From an uncultured delta proteobacterium (lineage in GTDB: Bacteria > Desulfobacterota > Desulfobaccia > Desulfobaccales > 0-14-0-80-60-11), in contig CAWETI010000003.1 in the NCBI GenBank assembly GCA_963812015.1, positions 288,001 through 352,000 on the forward strand: DNA of 64,000 nt, in the 5' to 3' direction. This document shows, piece by piece, positions 10,398 through 19,365 of this stretch. The number at the start of each line of letters is the position of its first letter. The stretch's first letter is position 1. Made by a program: the position numbers and the translations under genes. The notes under the pieces were generated by a model, which worked only from the letters and a program-made list of their open reading frames with translations, ran no database searches and had not been told where the DNA came from.

Positions 10398-13100
10398 ATG
10401 AGCACTGACTTGCAGAAACCGGGCCCCGGCGAGCCTGGCGCGCTTGAGGCCGACAAGCCCAGATCCTGGCTGGGACGGATCCTCAGCCGCCTGGCCGGCT
10501 GGCTGGGGGGGCATGATTTTCATTACTCCGGCTACCTGCCCAGCCGCCCGGGATTCTTGTTGCGCTATACCCTGGACCCGTTCTTCAAACGGGTGACGGT
10601 GCAGCCGCGCTATCTGGAGCGGTTGCAGAACCTGGCCAGCCAGGGAGCAGTGGTCTATGCCCTGAAATACCGCAGCCACCTGGACTTCCTTTTTTTTAAC
10701 CGACGCTACCAGAAGTTGGGGGTTATCGCCCCGGAGGTGGCCTTCGACCTGAACCTCTGGATGTGGCAACCCTTGTCCCACCTGGTGCAGATCGTCTCCG
10801 CCTCGGTCAATTATTTTACCCGGCGCCGGTCCTGGCCCAACCCCTTCCAGGACGGCTATTTCACCAAGACTCTTCAGGAAAAACGCGGCTCTCTCCTCTT
10901 CCTGGTGGACCAGGTGGGGTTCCGCCAACGCTTCCTCAAACCCCGGGAGGATCCCATCCGCCATCTCCTGGAGATCCAGGAACAGGTGGATTTCCCCATC
11001 TTCCTGGTGCCCCAGATGGTGATGTATGAAAAGGTCCCCTTTCGGGAAAGCAAGGGGCTGTGGCAACTCTTTTTCGGGGACAGCGAAAACCCCGGCAGGT
11101 TGCGGAAGCTGGGCCTGTGCCTCCTCAAGGCCAAGAGCGCCGTGGTGGAGGTGGTGGAGCCGGTGAACCTCAAAGAGGCCCTGGCCACCGCGGCTCCGGA
11201 CGTCCGCCTGCGGGACCTGGCCCAGGAGATCCGCCGGGATTTGATTCAACGCCTCGATGTCCAGAGGCGGGTGATTACCGGGCCGGTGATGAAGTCCCGG
11301 GAGGAAGTCATGGAACTTACCCTCACCGATCCGGCCCTGACCCGTTCCATGGAGCATCTGGCCGAAACCGAAAAAAAGAAGCTGGCCAAGATCAAAACGA
11401 CGGCCCAGGATTACTTCTGGGAGATCTCCGCCGACCCTCACGCTTTTTACATCAGCGCCATGCAACGGATGGTAACGTGGCTGTCCCGGCACCTGTTTGA
11501 CGGTATCGTCTTTGATAGCCTGGGGTTCGAAAAAGTGCGGCAGGCCAGCCAGCGGGGCAGCCTGATCTTTGTGCCCTGTCACAAAAGCCACCTGGACTAC
11601 CTCATTCTCAACAACCTCATCTTTCAGCATCATATGCAGTCCCCCCGCATCGCCGCGGGCAAGAACCTCTCCTTTTGGCCCCTGGGCCCGATCTTCCGAG
11701 GCTCCGGGGCGTTTTTCATCCGGCGCCGGTTCTTGGGCGGTAAACTTTATGCCGAGGTCCTTTACACCTACATCAAGACCCTGATCAAAACCGGCTATAA
11801 TCTGGAGTTTTTCATTGAGGGCGGGCGCAGCCGCACCGGTAAACTGGTGCTGCCCAAGTTGGGGCTCCTCAATATGATCCTCCGGGCCTACGACGAAGGG
11901 GCCGCGCCCGACGTCCTCTTTGTCCCTACTTTCATCGGCTATGATCAGGTGCTGGAGGAAAAGGCCTACCTCAAGGAACTGGAGGGCGGGAAAAAGGAAG
12001 CGGAATCCATGGGCCAGCTGGTCCATGCCAGGAAATTTTTAAAGAAACGCTACGGCCGGGCCTATATTCAGTTCAGCGAACCCATTTCCCTGAATGACTA
12101 CCTGACCGAGCTCCACCAGACGGAGGCCGCCGACCTCCAGCAGGCCCGCCAACACGGCCAGGACCTGTCCTACCGCATTATCCAGGCCATTAACCACGTT
12201 TCGGTGGTCACGCCCTTCTCCCTGGTGTGCGCGGCGCTGCTCACCTATCCCCGCAAAGGCGTCTACCGCCGGGAGTTGCTGCAAATCATCCAGGTGCTCT
12301 ACGATTACGTCAAGGCCCAGGGGGTGCCCGAGGCCGATTCCCTGGAAGACCTCAACCAGGCGGTGGAGGAAACCCTGACTCTGTGCGAGGCTCGCAAGCT
12401 CGTCACCCCCATCGAGAAGGAAGAGGGCCTCACCGATGAGCTGGGTCTGGGCGGCTACAGCATCGATGAGACCAAACGCCCCCTGTTGGAATATTACAAG
12501 AACAACATCCTCCACTTCTTCCTCCCCGCAGCCATGGTCTCGCTGAGCATCCTGGCCCGCCAGGGCTTCGAGTTCAACCGGACCCAAATCATGGAGGATT
12601 ATGGCTTCCTCCGGGATTTTTTCCGGAACGAATTCATTTTCGACAACCAGGACCCGGAGATCCAGGTTAAACAAACCCTGGACTACTTCGGTTCCCGGGG
12701 GGTGGTGATCAATCTCGACCCCCAGGAAGCTTCCTATACCCTGTCGGCTTCCGGCCTCAAGGAGCTGGCCTATTTCGCCAACCTGCTGTTCAATTACCTG
12801 GAGTCCTACTGGATCGTGTTTCGCTCCATCAAGTACCTCCAGAAAAAGCCCCGGAGCGAGAAGGAATTTTTGAAGCGCATCCAGTCCATCGGCGCAAAAC
12901 TCCACAAGCTGGGGGAAGTGGAACGGAGCGAAGCCCTGTCGGAAGCTACCTTCCAAAACGCCGTGAAGATTTTCGGGGAAAAGGGGATCGTCCTGAAGAA
13001 GGCCCCGGAAGGCAAAGGCGCCACCACCTTCAGCCGGCCCGCCGACGAAGACGCCAAAGATTTCTACGGCCGCCAACTGGCAAGGTTTATGCGGCGCTAG
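10398..13100 (+). CDS. plsB: Glycerol-3-phosphate O-acyltransferase (PlsB-like)
   Basis: HKSHLDY (HxxxxD), GAFFIRR, FFIEGGRSRTGKL, YDQVLEE. Confidence 0.88.
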   Translation: MSTDLQKPGPGEPGALEADKPRSWLGRILSRLAGWLGGHDFHYSGYLPSRPGFLLRYTLDPFFKRVTVQPRYLERLQNLASQGAVVYALKYRSHLDFLFFNRRYQKLGVIAPEVAFDLNLWMWQPLSHLVQIVSASVNYFTRRRSWPNPFQDGYFTKTLQEKRGSLLFLVDQVGFRQRFLKPREDPIRHLLEIQEQVDFPIFLVPQMVMYEKVPFRESKGLWQLFFGDSENPGRLRKLGLCLLKAKSAVVEVVEPVNLKEALATAAPDVRLRDLAQEIRRDLIQRLDVQRRVITGPVMKSREEVMELTLTDPALTRSMEHLAETEKKKLAKIKTTAQDYFWEISADPHAFYISAMQRMVTWLSRHLFDGIVFDSLGFEKVRQASQRGSLIFVPCHKSHLDYLILNNLIFQHHMQSPRIAAGKNLSFWPLGPIFRGSGAFFIRRRFLGGKLYAEVLYTYIKTLIKTGYNLEFFIEGGRSRTGKLVLPKLGLLNMILRAYDEGAAPDVLFVPTFIGYDQVLEEKAYLKELEGGKKEAESMGQLVHARKFLKKRYGRAYIQFSEPISLNDYLTELHQTEAADLQQARQHGQDLSYRIIQAINHVSVVTPFSLVCAALLTYPRKGVYRRELLQIIQVLYDYVKAQGVPEADSLEDLNQAVEETLTLCEARKLVTPIEKEEGLTDELGLGGYSIDETKRPLLEYYKNNILHFFLPAAMVSLSILARQGFEFNRTQIMEDYGFLRDFFRNEFIFDNQDPEIQVKQTLDYFGSRGVVINLDPQEASYTLSASGLKELAYFANLLFNYLESYWIVFRSIKYLQKKPRSEKEFLKRIQSIGAKLHKLGEVERSEALSEATFQNAVKIFGEKGIVLKKAPEGKGATTFSRPADEDAKDFYGRQLARFMRR

Positions 13101-13104
13101 CGTA

Positions 13105-13292
13105 TTTGAGGAGAGGGCCGGGGGGCGCCCTTACGAAAAATTCCCCCGCCCTCCCCTCAAACTCCCCTCCCAGCCCCCCGTAAGGGGAAAGGCGGGCACA
13201 GCCCGCCTTTTTTGATTCTTGAATTAAGGGGTTGGGGATAGGGGTTTGGGGGAAGGGGTAGGGGCCTCGGCCCCTAGCCCCTTCCCCCAAAA
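13105..13292. repeat. REP-like repeat, family A (between convergent genes)
   Basis: ccctcccctcaaactcccctcccagcccccc-gtaagggg...ggggttggggataggggtttggggga. Confidence 0.75.
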
Positions 13293-13760
13293 TTATTTTA
13301 CGTCTTCCAACGCCTCCCAGGCCAGGGCCACGGCTTCCGCGGGGGTGCCGGCCCGTTGCAGTCCCGGCAGGTCCCAGGACACGTTCAGGGCGATCACCGG
13401 TTTGCCCAGCTTCAGGGCGATAGCCGCTTCGGACACGGTGCCGTAGCTGCCGTCCACCGCGATGAGGGCGTCGGCGCTGTGGGCCATAAGGACGTTCCGG
13501 GCATGTCCCAGGTTGGTGGCGATGGTATAGGTAAGGTGGGGGTTGGCCCGTCGGCGGTCCCCATCGGGTAAGATCCCCAGGCTGACGCCCCCCGCCTCCC
13601 GGGCCCCCTGGGCCGCCGCGGCCATCACCCCGCCCAGGCCGCCGCACAGGAGCACCGCCCCTCGTTCCGCCACCTGCCGGCCGACTTCCCGGGCGAGACC
13701 GGCGGTCTCGGGGCCGGTCTCGCTCCCGCCGATTACCGCGATATATACCGGTTGGGCCAT
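13293..13760 (-). CDS. TIGR00725 family (LOG-like Rossmann fold) protein
   Basis: IAVIGG, CGGLGGVMAAA, LGHARN, GSYGTVSEAAIAL. Confidence 0.88.
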   Translation of the reverse strand: MAQPVYIAVIGGSETGPETAGLAREVGRQVAERGAVLLCGGLGGVMAAAAQGAREAGGVSLGILPDGDRRRANPHLTYTIATNLGHARNVLMAHSADALIAVDGSYGTVSEAAIALKLGKPVIALNVSWDLPGLQRAGTPAEAVALAWEALEDVK

Positions 13761-14168
13761 TTCTTCCCCTCTTTGCCGCCGTGATGATTAAACGATTTTT
13801 CGCGTTAATATCAGGTTGCGGTCACACCCGTGAACCTAACATGAAAAGCCTATGGGCGGGTGGGGCGGCCGTCCCTGGCCGCCTTTGGTTGGCGGGCACG
13901 GAGGCCCGCCCCACCGGGTTATCTTCATATAAAGTGAAGGATCTTAACTTATTAAAAATACAAGCTTCTTCTCCATGCTCAGAATGACAATTCTCTCTCA
14001 AGCCAGGTTTTGCAATGGCCGGTAGTATAACCGCCACGGGGCTTGAAATGGCGGCGCATAAACTTTTTGCATTTGCCGGCCGACATGACTACATTATAAG
14101 AAACCCGGGGGTTAGCGGATAGGTAAATCATCCCCGGCCCCCGGACTTTTCCGGATGACGGGGCCGCC

Positions 14169-15023
14169 ATGCTCCCGATGCCAAAAACGTTGATCCTCTC
14201 CCTTTCACTGGGGCTCGCCTTGCTGGCGACGGCGTGCGCCACCGCGCCCTTTACCGGCCGGCATCAGGTCCTCATCACCTCCGAAGGCAGCGAGACCAGG
14301 ATGGGTTTGCAAGCTTTCCAGCAGGTAAAACGGCAATATCGGGTCTCTCATGACCCGGAAATCAACGCGATGGTAAACCGGGTGGGGCAGCGCATCGCCG
14401 CCGCGGCCCAGCGCCCCGACTACCGCTGGGAGTTTGTGGTCTTTGAAAACCAGGATGCCAACGCCTTCTGCTTGCCCGGGGGCAAGGTGGGCATCTTCAC
14501 CGGCATTTTGCAGTACACCCAGGACGAGGCCGGTCTGGCCACGGTGATCTCCCACGAAGTGGCCCACGCCCTGGCCCGCCATGCCGGGGAGCGCATGAGC
14601 CAGTCCATGCTGGCCCAGGCTGGGGGCATCGGTTTGGGGGCGGCCGTGGGGGGGATGGGCTCCCTCGCCGGCACGGCCATCATGCAGGGCTACAGCCTGG
14701 GCACCCAGTTGGGCATCTTGCTGCCTTACAGCCGGACTCAGGAGTACGAGGCGGACCACATCGGGGTCATCCTCATGGCCAAGGCGGGATACGACCCGGC
14801 CCAGGCCCTGGAGTTCTGGCGGCGCATGATGGCCATGGACAAGAAGGCCAAGCCGCCGCAGTTCATGGCCACTCACCCCAGCGACGCCAGCCGGCTCCGG
14901 GAACTCCAGGATTTTCTGCCCGAGGCCGAAAAATACTACGTCCCCGCCCCTGAGGCGGAAACCCCGCCCCCGTGCCAACCCGGGGCCCCGGAGGCCGGGC
15001 GCTGGCTGCCCGCGCCCAGATAA
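14169..15023 (+). CDS. M48 family metallopeptidase lipoprotein
   Basis: Lipobox LATAC, NAFCLPGGK, HEVAH zinc motif, YSRTQEYEAD, ATHP. Confidence 0.92.
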   Translation: MLPMPKTLILSLSLGLALLATACATAPFTGRHQVLITSEGSETRMGLQAFQQVKRQYRVSHDPEINAMVNRVGQRIAAAAQRPDYRWEFVVFENQDANAFCLPGGKVGIFTGILQYTQDEAGLATVISHEVAHALARHAGERMSQSMLAQAGGIGLGAAVGGMGSLAGTAIMQGYSLGTQLGILLPYSRTQEYEADHIGVILMAKAGYDPAQALEFWRRMMAMDKKAKPPQFMATHPSDASRLRELQDFLPEAEKYYVPAPEAETPPPCQPGAPEAGRWLPAPR

Positions 15024-15163
15024 GTCTCTCCTCAGGGGAAGTCCGTTCTCCCCATGCAGGGGCGCAGCCAGAGCCTCCACCTACGAAAAACCAAAAACAA
15101 AAAACTGATTGAGGGCGAATTGGCAGATTAGCAGGCTGTTAAAAAAGCACAATTTCCCCAGGT

Positions 15164-15235
15164 TGTCATTCTGACCGAAGGGAAGAATCTCGTATTTTCA
15201 AGTAGATGAGATCCTTCGCGGCGCTCAGGATGACA
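15164..15235. repeat. Palindromic repeat family C (tgtcattctga...tcaggatgaca)
   Basis: tgtcattctgaccgaagggaagaatct...agatccttcgcggcgctcaggatgaca; partial inverted copy at ~13936-13990. Confidence 0.7.
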
Positions 15236-15344
15236 AAAAAGCCGATTTTTCAACATCTGTTATGTATCGAATTCCCCAGGAGGGGGAGACTGGCGGTGGG
15301 ACACGCGGGATGGCGTGAAAGTTTTTGGGTGATGTTCCAAAAGC

Positions 15345-15589
15345 TTACGGTTCGCGGACGGGGTCCCCGGCCTCGGCCATGGCGGCCAGGATTTCTTTGG
15401 CCCGGGCCTCGTCTTCCGCGGCCACCATGAGGTGCACCCCCCGGATGAACTGGAGGGGGGAAAAGTCCCGCTGGCGTCATCGGCCATGACCATGGCCTCG
15501 ATGCCCTCGGACTCCAGCAGCCCCGCGGCCATCTCGGCCTCGATGCGGTTGGAAAAGGTTTCCAGGACGATGGCGTCGTCGCGGTTCAA
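15345..15589 (-). pseudogene. DUF2007-like putative signal-transducing protein, frameshifted at a G6 run
   Basis: N-term LETFSNRIEAEMAAGLLESEGIEA; adding one base at 15455-15460 gives FPPLQFIRGVHLMVAAEDEARAKEIL...REP-stop, the usual C-terminus. Confidence 0.75.
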
Positions 15590-15623
15590 TATTGAGCCCC
15601 TCTTTTGGAAGTAAGAGAAGATG

Positions 15624-16070
15624 TTAGTGGTTGACTATCGGTAATCTTGATCGTCCAGGAATATTATCCATGAGTTGAAGGAGCTTTGTTGTTGTTATTG
15701 GGCGCTGGCCATTTTTTTGCATTTTCCCAGCATGTTCCCATGCTATCTCCCCTGGCCCATTAAAAATCTCTTTAATAGCCCCCTCCTTGGTAATCAATAT
15801 AACAATCAAGTGCTGTGGATTAGAACGTAGCCCGACTTTTGACCCTTGGGTTGCTTTTATTTGAATAAGAATGCCATTTGGTGCCTTAGCATCATGCCCC
15901 TCGACAGAACAATTCAAAAGCTCTAATCCATAACGATGCGCTGCTAAGACTTCTCCTAAGCTTCCAACAAGATGTCCGTCAAGCGTAAAAGGTCTACCTG
16001 GGAACAGCGCTTCTAACTCAGATACAACCGCGTATAATCGTTTAATCAGACTTGGTATCTTTCTAACCAT
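15624..16070 (-). CDS. DUF6998-like hypothetical protein, possible PD-(D/E)xK nuclease fold, AT-rich insert
   Basis: FTLDGHLVGSLGEV...GHDAK...IQIKATQ. Confidence 0.7.
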   Translation of the reverse strand: MVRKIPSLIKRLYAVVSELEALFPGRPFTLDGHLVGSLGEVLAAHRYGLELLNCSVEGHDAKAPNGILIQIKATQGSKVGLRSNPQHLIVILITKEGAIKEIFNGPGEIAWEHAGKMQKNGQRPITTTKLLQLMDNIPGRSRLPIVNH

Positions 16071-16081
16071 TTAGTTCCTTC

Positions 16082-16175
16082 ATCCCCTTTAAGGGATTGG
16101 GGTGGGGGTCTGGCGGAGGGGGTAAGGGTTACTTACGAAAAAGCCCTTAGCCCCTTCCCCCAGCGGCCTCACCCC
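16082..16175. repeat. REP-like repeat, family A
   Basis: atcccctttaagggattggggtgggggtctggcggagggggtaaggg...cccttagccccttcccc. Confidence 0.65.
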
Positions 16176-16176
16176 T

Positions 16177-17334
16177 TTAACTCTCCTCCCGCGGTTCTTC
16201 GGACTCCGGGAAGATCACCAGGTTATCCCGGTGGATGACTTCGTCGTAGCCCTTATGGCCCAGGGATTGGGCGATTTCTTGCGATTGGCGCCCCTTGATC
16301 TGGCCGATTTCTCTCGCCGAGTAGTTGGTGAGGCCCACCGCGAAGGGTTTGCCTTCGGAGTCCATGAGGTGGACCGCGTCGCCCTTGCGGAAGCCCCCGA
16401 AGACCTCCAGGATGCCCGCCGGGAGCAGGCTTTTGTGGCGCTGCACCAGGGCCGCCCGGGCCCCGTGATCCACCAGGATGGCCCCCTTGGGGGTGACGTT
16501 GTAGGCCAGCCAGCACTGGCGGCTGGTGAGTTTCTGCTCCTGGGGCAGGAACAGGGTTCCCATGGCTTCGCCGCCAAAGATTTTTTCCAGGATGCCCGGG
16601 GTCAGGCCGTTGGCGATGAGGGTGGGGATGCCCGCGGCCCCGGCCTTCTTGGCGGCTTGGAGCTTGGTCACCATGCCGCCCCGGCCCAGGGCACCGGGCC
16701 GTTTGCCCGCGGCCTTCTCCACCTTGGCGTCGATGGTGGGAACCAGGGCAACCAGCCGGGCGTCGGGGTGTTCCCGGGGGTCTTTATCATAGAGGCCGTC
16801 GATATCGGTGAGGATCACCAGGAGGTCGGCCCCCACCAGGTTGCAGATCAGGGCGGCCAGGTTGTCGTTGTCCCCGAACTTCAGCTCGTCCGTGGCCACG
16901 GTGTCGTTTTCGTTGATGATGGGGACCACCTGCCAGCCGAGCAGTGTTAAGAGGGTGTTGCGGGCGTTCAAGAAGCGGATGCGGGATTCCAGGTCGTCGT
17001 GGGTGAGGAGGATCTGGGCCACCTTGAGGCCGAATTCGGCAAAGGCCTCCTCGTAGGTGAGGATCAGGGCGCTTTGGCCGGCGGCGGCCACCGCCTGGGC
17101 CTGGGGGATGCCGGTGGGGCGGGACGTGAGCCCCAGCTTGCGGCAGCCCGCGGCCACGGCCCCGGAAGATACCAGGATGAACTCCCGTTCCCCGGAGCTG
17201 AGACGCCCGATCTCCCCCACCAGGCGCTGGATGAGGCACTGGTTGAGGCCGTCGTCGGCGGTGAGGACCGCGCTCCCCAGTTTGAGGACGACCCGCTTGG
17301 CTTTATTCAGATAGTTCTGTCGTGAGGAATCCAT
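16177..17334 (-). CDS. proB: Glutamate 5-kinase with PUA domain
   Basis: VVLKLGS, VSSGAV, PIINENDTV, FGDNDNL, C-terminal SLLPAGI...VIHRDNL; start set at MDSSRQ. Confidence 0.95.
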   Translation of the reverse strand: MDSSRQNYLNKAKRVVLKLGSAVLTADDGLNQCLIQRLVGEIGRLSSGEREFILVSSGAVAAGCRKLGLTSRPTGIPQAQAVAAAGQSALILTYEEAFAEFGLKVAQILLTHDDLESRIRFLNARNTLLTLLGWQVVPIINENDTVATDELKFGDNDNLAALICNLVGADLLVILTDIDGLYDKDPREHPDARLVALVPTIDAKVEKAAGKRPGALGRGGMVTKLQAAKKAGAAGIPTLIANGLTPGILEKIFGGEAMGTLFLPQEQKLTSRQCWLAYNVTPKGAILVDHGARAALVQRHKSLLPAGILEVFGGFRKGDAVHLMDSEGKPFAVGLTNYSAREIGQIKGRQSQEIAQSLGHKGYDEVIHRDNLVIFPESEEPREES

Positions 17335-17377
17335 GGCCGTTGTGCCTGGTGTCTCGTCGCGCAACTTTTATGACCAA

Positions 17378-18421
17378 TCATGAGATTGCCACAGGCATTG
17401 AACACGCTAAATCCTGAGACCTTACAAAAGATTCCCAGATGGCCTCCCGCAAGGGGGAGAGCCCGTCGCCGGTGTAGGCCGATAGGGCGAACACCCGGCA
17501 GCCGGTTTTTTTATAAGCCAGGATTATCTGGGCCAGGGGAAAGTCCGGGGCCAGCGCATCTATCTTATTTAACGCCACCAGGCGTGGTTTGTCCAGCAGA
17601 GAGGGGTCAAAGGCGCGCATTTCTTCTTCCAACATCTGAAGGGGCGCCAGGGGGTCGGCCGGGTCCACAAAGCTTATGTCGATGACCTGGACGAGGAGCC
17701 GGGTGCGCGTCAGATGCCGCAAAAATCGGTGGCCCAGACCTTTGCCCAGGTGGGCGCCGGTGATGAGGCCGGGGATTTCGGCCAGGATCAGGGGTTCCCG
17801 GTCATACTCCGGGGGCATAACCCCCAACTGGGGGGTCAGGGTGGTGAAGGGAAAGGCGCCGACCCGGGCCGAGGAGGCGGTGAGGGCCTTGAGCAGGGTG
17901 GTTTTGCCCGCATTGGGGGCCCCCATCAGTCCCACATCCGCCAGGATCTGGAGTTCCAGGTGAATCTGGCGCTCCCGTCCCGGTTCGCCGGGTTGGCAGA
18001 AGCGGGGAGAGCGCATCCGGGAAGAAACGAAGTGGGCGTTGCCCTTGCCGCCCCGGCCGCCTTTGGCCAGGATCAGGCGCTCCCCGGGGGTCATGAGGTC
18101 AGCTATGAGCCTGCCGGTGTCGCCGTCAAAGACCCGGGTGCCCAGGGGCACCGGCACGATCACCGTGGCGCCATTTTTGCCGTGACGGTCCTGGCCCTGG
18201 CCCCGGCGGCCGTTTTCAGCCAGAAGGACGCGCCGGCGCCGAAAATGGCTCAGGGTGCGCAGAGCAGGGGAGACTTCGAGGATGACATCGCCGCCGGACC
18301 CGCCATCACCGCCGTTGGGTCGGCCCCGGGCTTGGAAGCGGGCTCGGAGGAAGCTGACACAGCCCGGGCCGCCGTTGCCGGCCCGGACCGTGATATCGAC
18401 TTCGTCAGGAAAGGACTTCAA
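17378..18421 (-). CDS. obgE: GTPase ObgE/CgtA
   Basis: Gly-rich Obg domain ([14 protein letters not shown]), [19 protein letters not shown]3 motif reads AEIPG. Confidence 0.93.
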   Translation of the reverse strand: MKSFPDEVDITVRAGNGGPGCVSFLRARFQARGRPNGGDGGSGGDVILEVSPALRTLSHFRRRRVLLAENGRRGQGQDRHGKNGATVIVPVPLGTRVFDGDTGRLIADLMTPGERLILAKGGRGGKGNAHFVSSRMRSPRFCQPGEPGRERQIHLELQILADVGLMGAPNAGKTTLLKALTASSARVGAFPFTTLTPQLGVMPPEYDREPLILAEIPGLITGAHLGKGLGHRFLRHLTRTRLLVQVIDISFVDPADPLAPLQMLEEEMRAFDPSLLDKPRLVALNKIDALAPDFPLAQIILAYKKTGCRVFALSAYTGDGLSPLREAIWESFVRSQDLACSMPVAIS

Positions 18422-18675
18422 GTTGGAGGATAGACGCTGACCCGCTTGCGATCTTTACCAAAGGCCTCGAATTTTACCACGCCGTCGATCTTGGTGAACA
18501 GGGTGAAATCACGGCCCATGCCCACGTTGGTCCCCGGGTGGATGCGGGTGCCCACCTGACGCACCAGGATCGTGCCTGCCTTTACCGTCTGCCCGGCGAA
18601 CCTTTTCACCCCGCGACGTTTCCCGGCGCTATCCCGACCGTTGCGTGAGCTGCCGCCAGCTTTTTTGTGTGCCAT
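18418..18675 (-). CDS. rpmA: 50S ribosomal protein L27
   Basis: [16 protein letters not shown]. Confidence 0.98.
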   Translation of the reverse strand: MAHKKAGGSSRNGRDSAGKRRGVKRFAGQTVKAGTILVRQVGTRIHPGTNVGMGRDFTLFTKIDGVVKFEAFGKDRKRVSVYPPT

Positions 18676-18771
18676 GGTTGATCTCCTGCGCCACTCGCCA
18701 CCGAATTATGCATCGGGCCCCCCCTTGCGGGCCGGGTCGCCCCGAGATGGCGTGGCGGTAATCTGGCTTAA

Positions 18772-19083
18772 TTATAAAATAATTTCATCAATTTTCAAGG
18801 CGGTGAACAATTGCCGGTGGCCCTGTTTGCGGCGATAATTCTTCCGGCGCTTCTTTTTGAAGATCAGAACCTTCTTGCCTTTGCCCTGGCGCACAATCTG
18901 GGTGCGCACGGTGGCGTTGGGCACCAGGGGTTGGCCCACCTGGACCGCGACCCCATCAGTCACCAGAAGCACCTGGTCCAGAACCACTTCATCGCCGCGC
19001 TCGCCGGGGAGGTGTTCCACCCGGAGCACATCTCCGGGAGAGACGCGATATTGTTTCCCGCCGGTTTTAATAATGGCGTACAC
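18772..19083 (-). CDS. rplU: 50S ribosomal protein L21
   Basis: GTG start after GGAGG: MYAIIKTGGKQYRV...KQGHRQ. Confidence 0.97.
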   Translation of the reverse strand: MYAIIKTGGKQYRVSPGDVLRVEHLPGERGDEVVLDQVLLVTDGVAVQVGQPLVPNATVRTQIVRQGKGKKVLIFKKKRRKNYRRKQGHRQLFTALKIDEIIL

Positions 19084-19365
19084 TATAGCCTCCACAAGAA
19101 TCAGGACTTTAGACAATTAATTTTACCGGGTTTTGCCATCTTGTCAACCCATGGGCGTGATTCATTTACCGAAAGGACCTCTTTTTTAGGGCGTTAAGAA
19201 AGTTGGCAATTTATCCGACCCCTCCAACAGCCTGCGATTGACTCGACTCTTTGCCCGGATTATTATGACGGAAACTCAGCTTTTTGCCACCGCAAATTTT
19301 CTGGCCTCCCGGGCCGCAACGGGACGGGCATTGCGGGGGGATCGCCTTCCCCTCACGGAGCAGAT

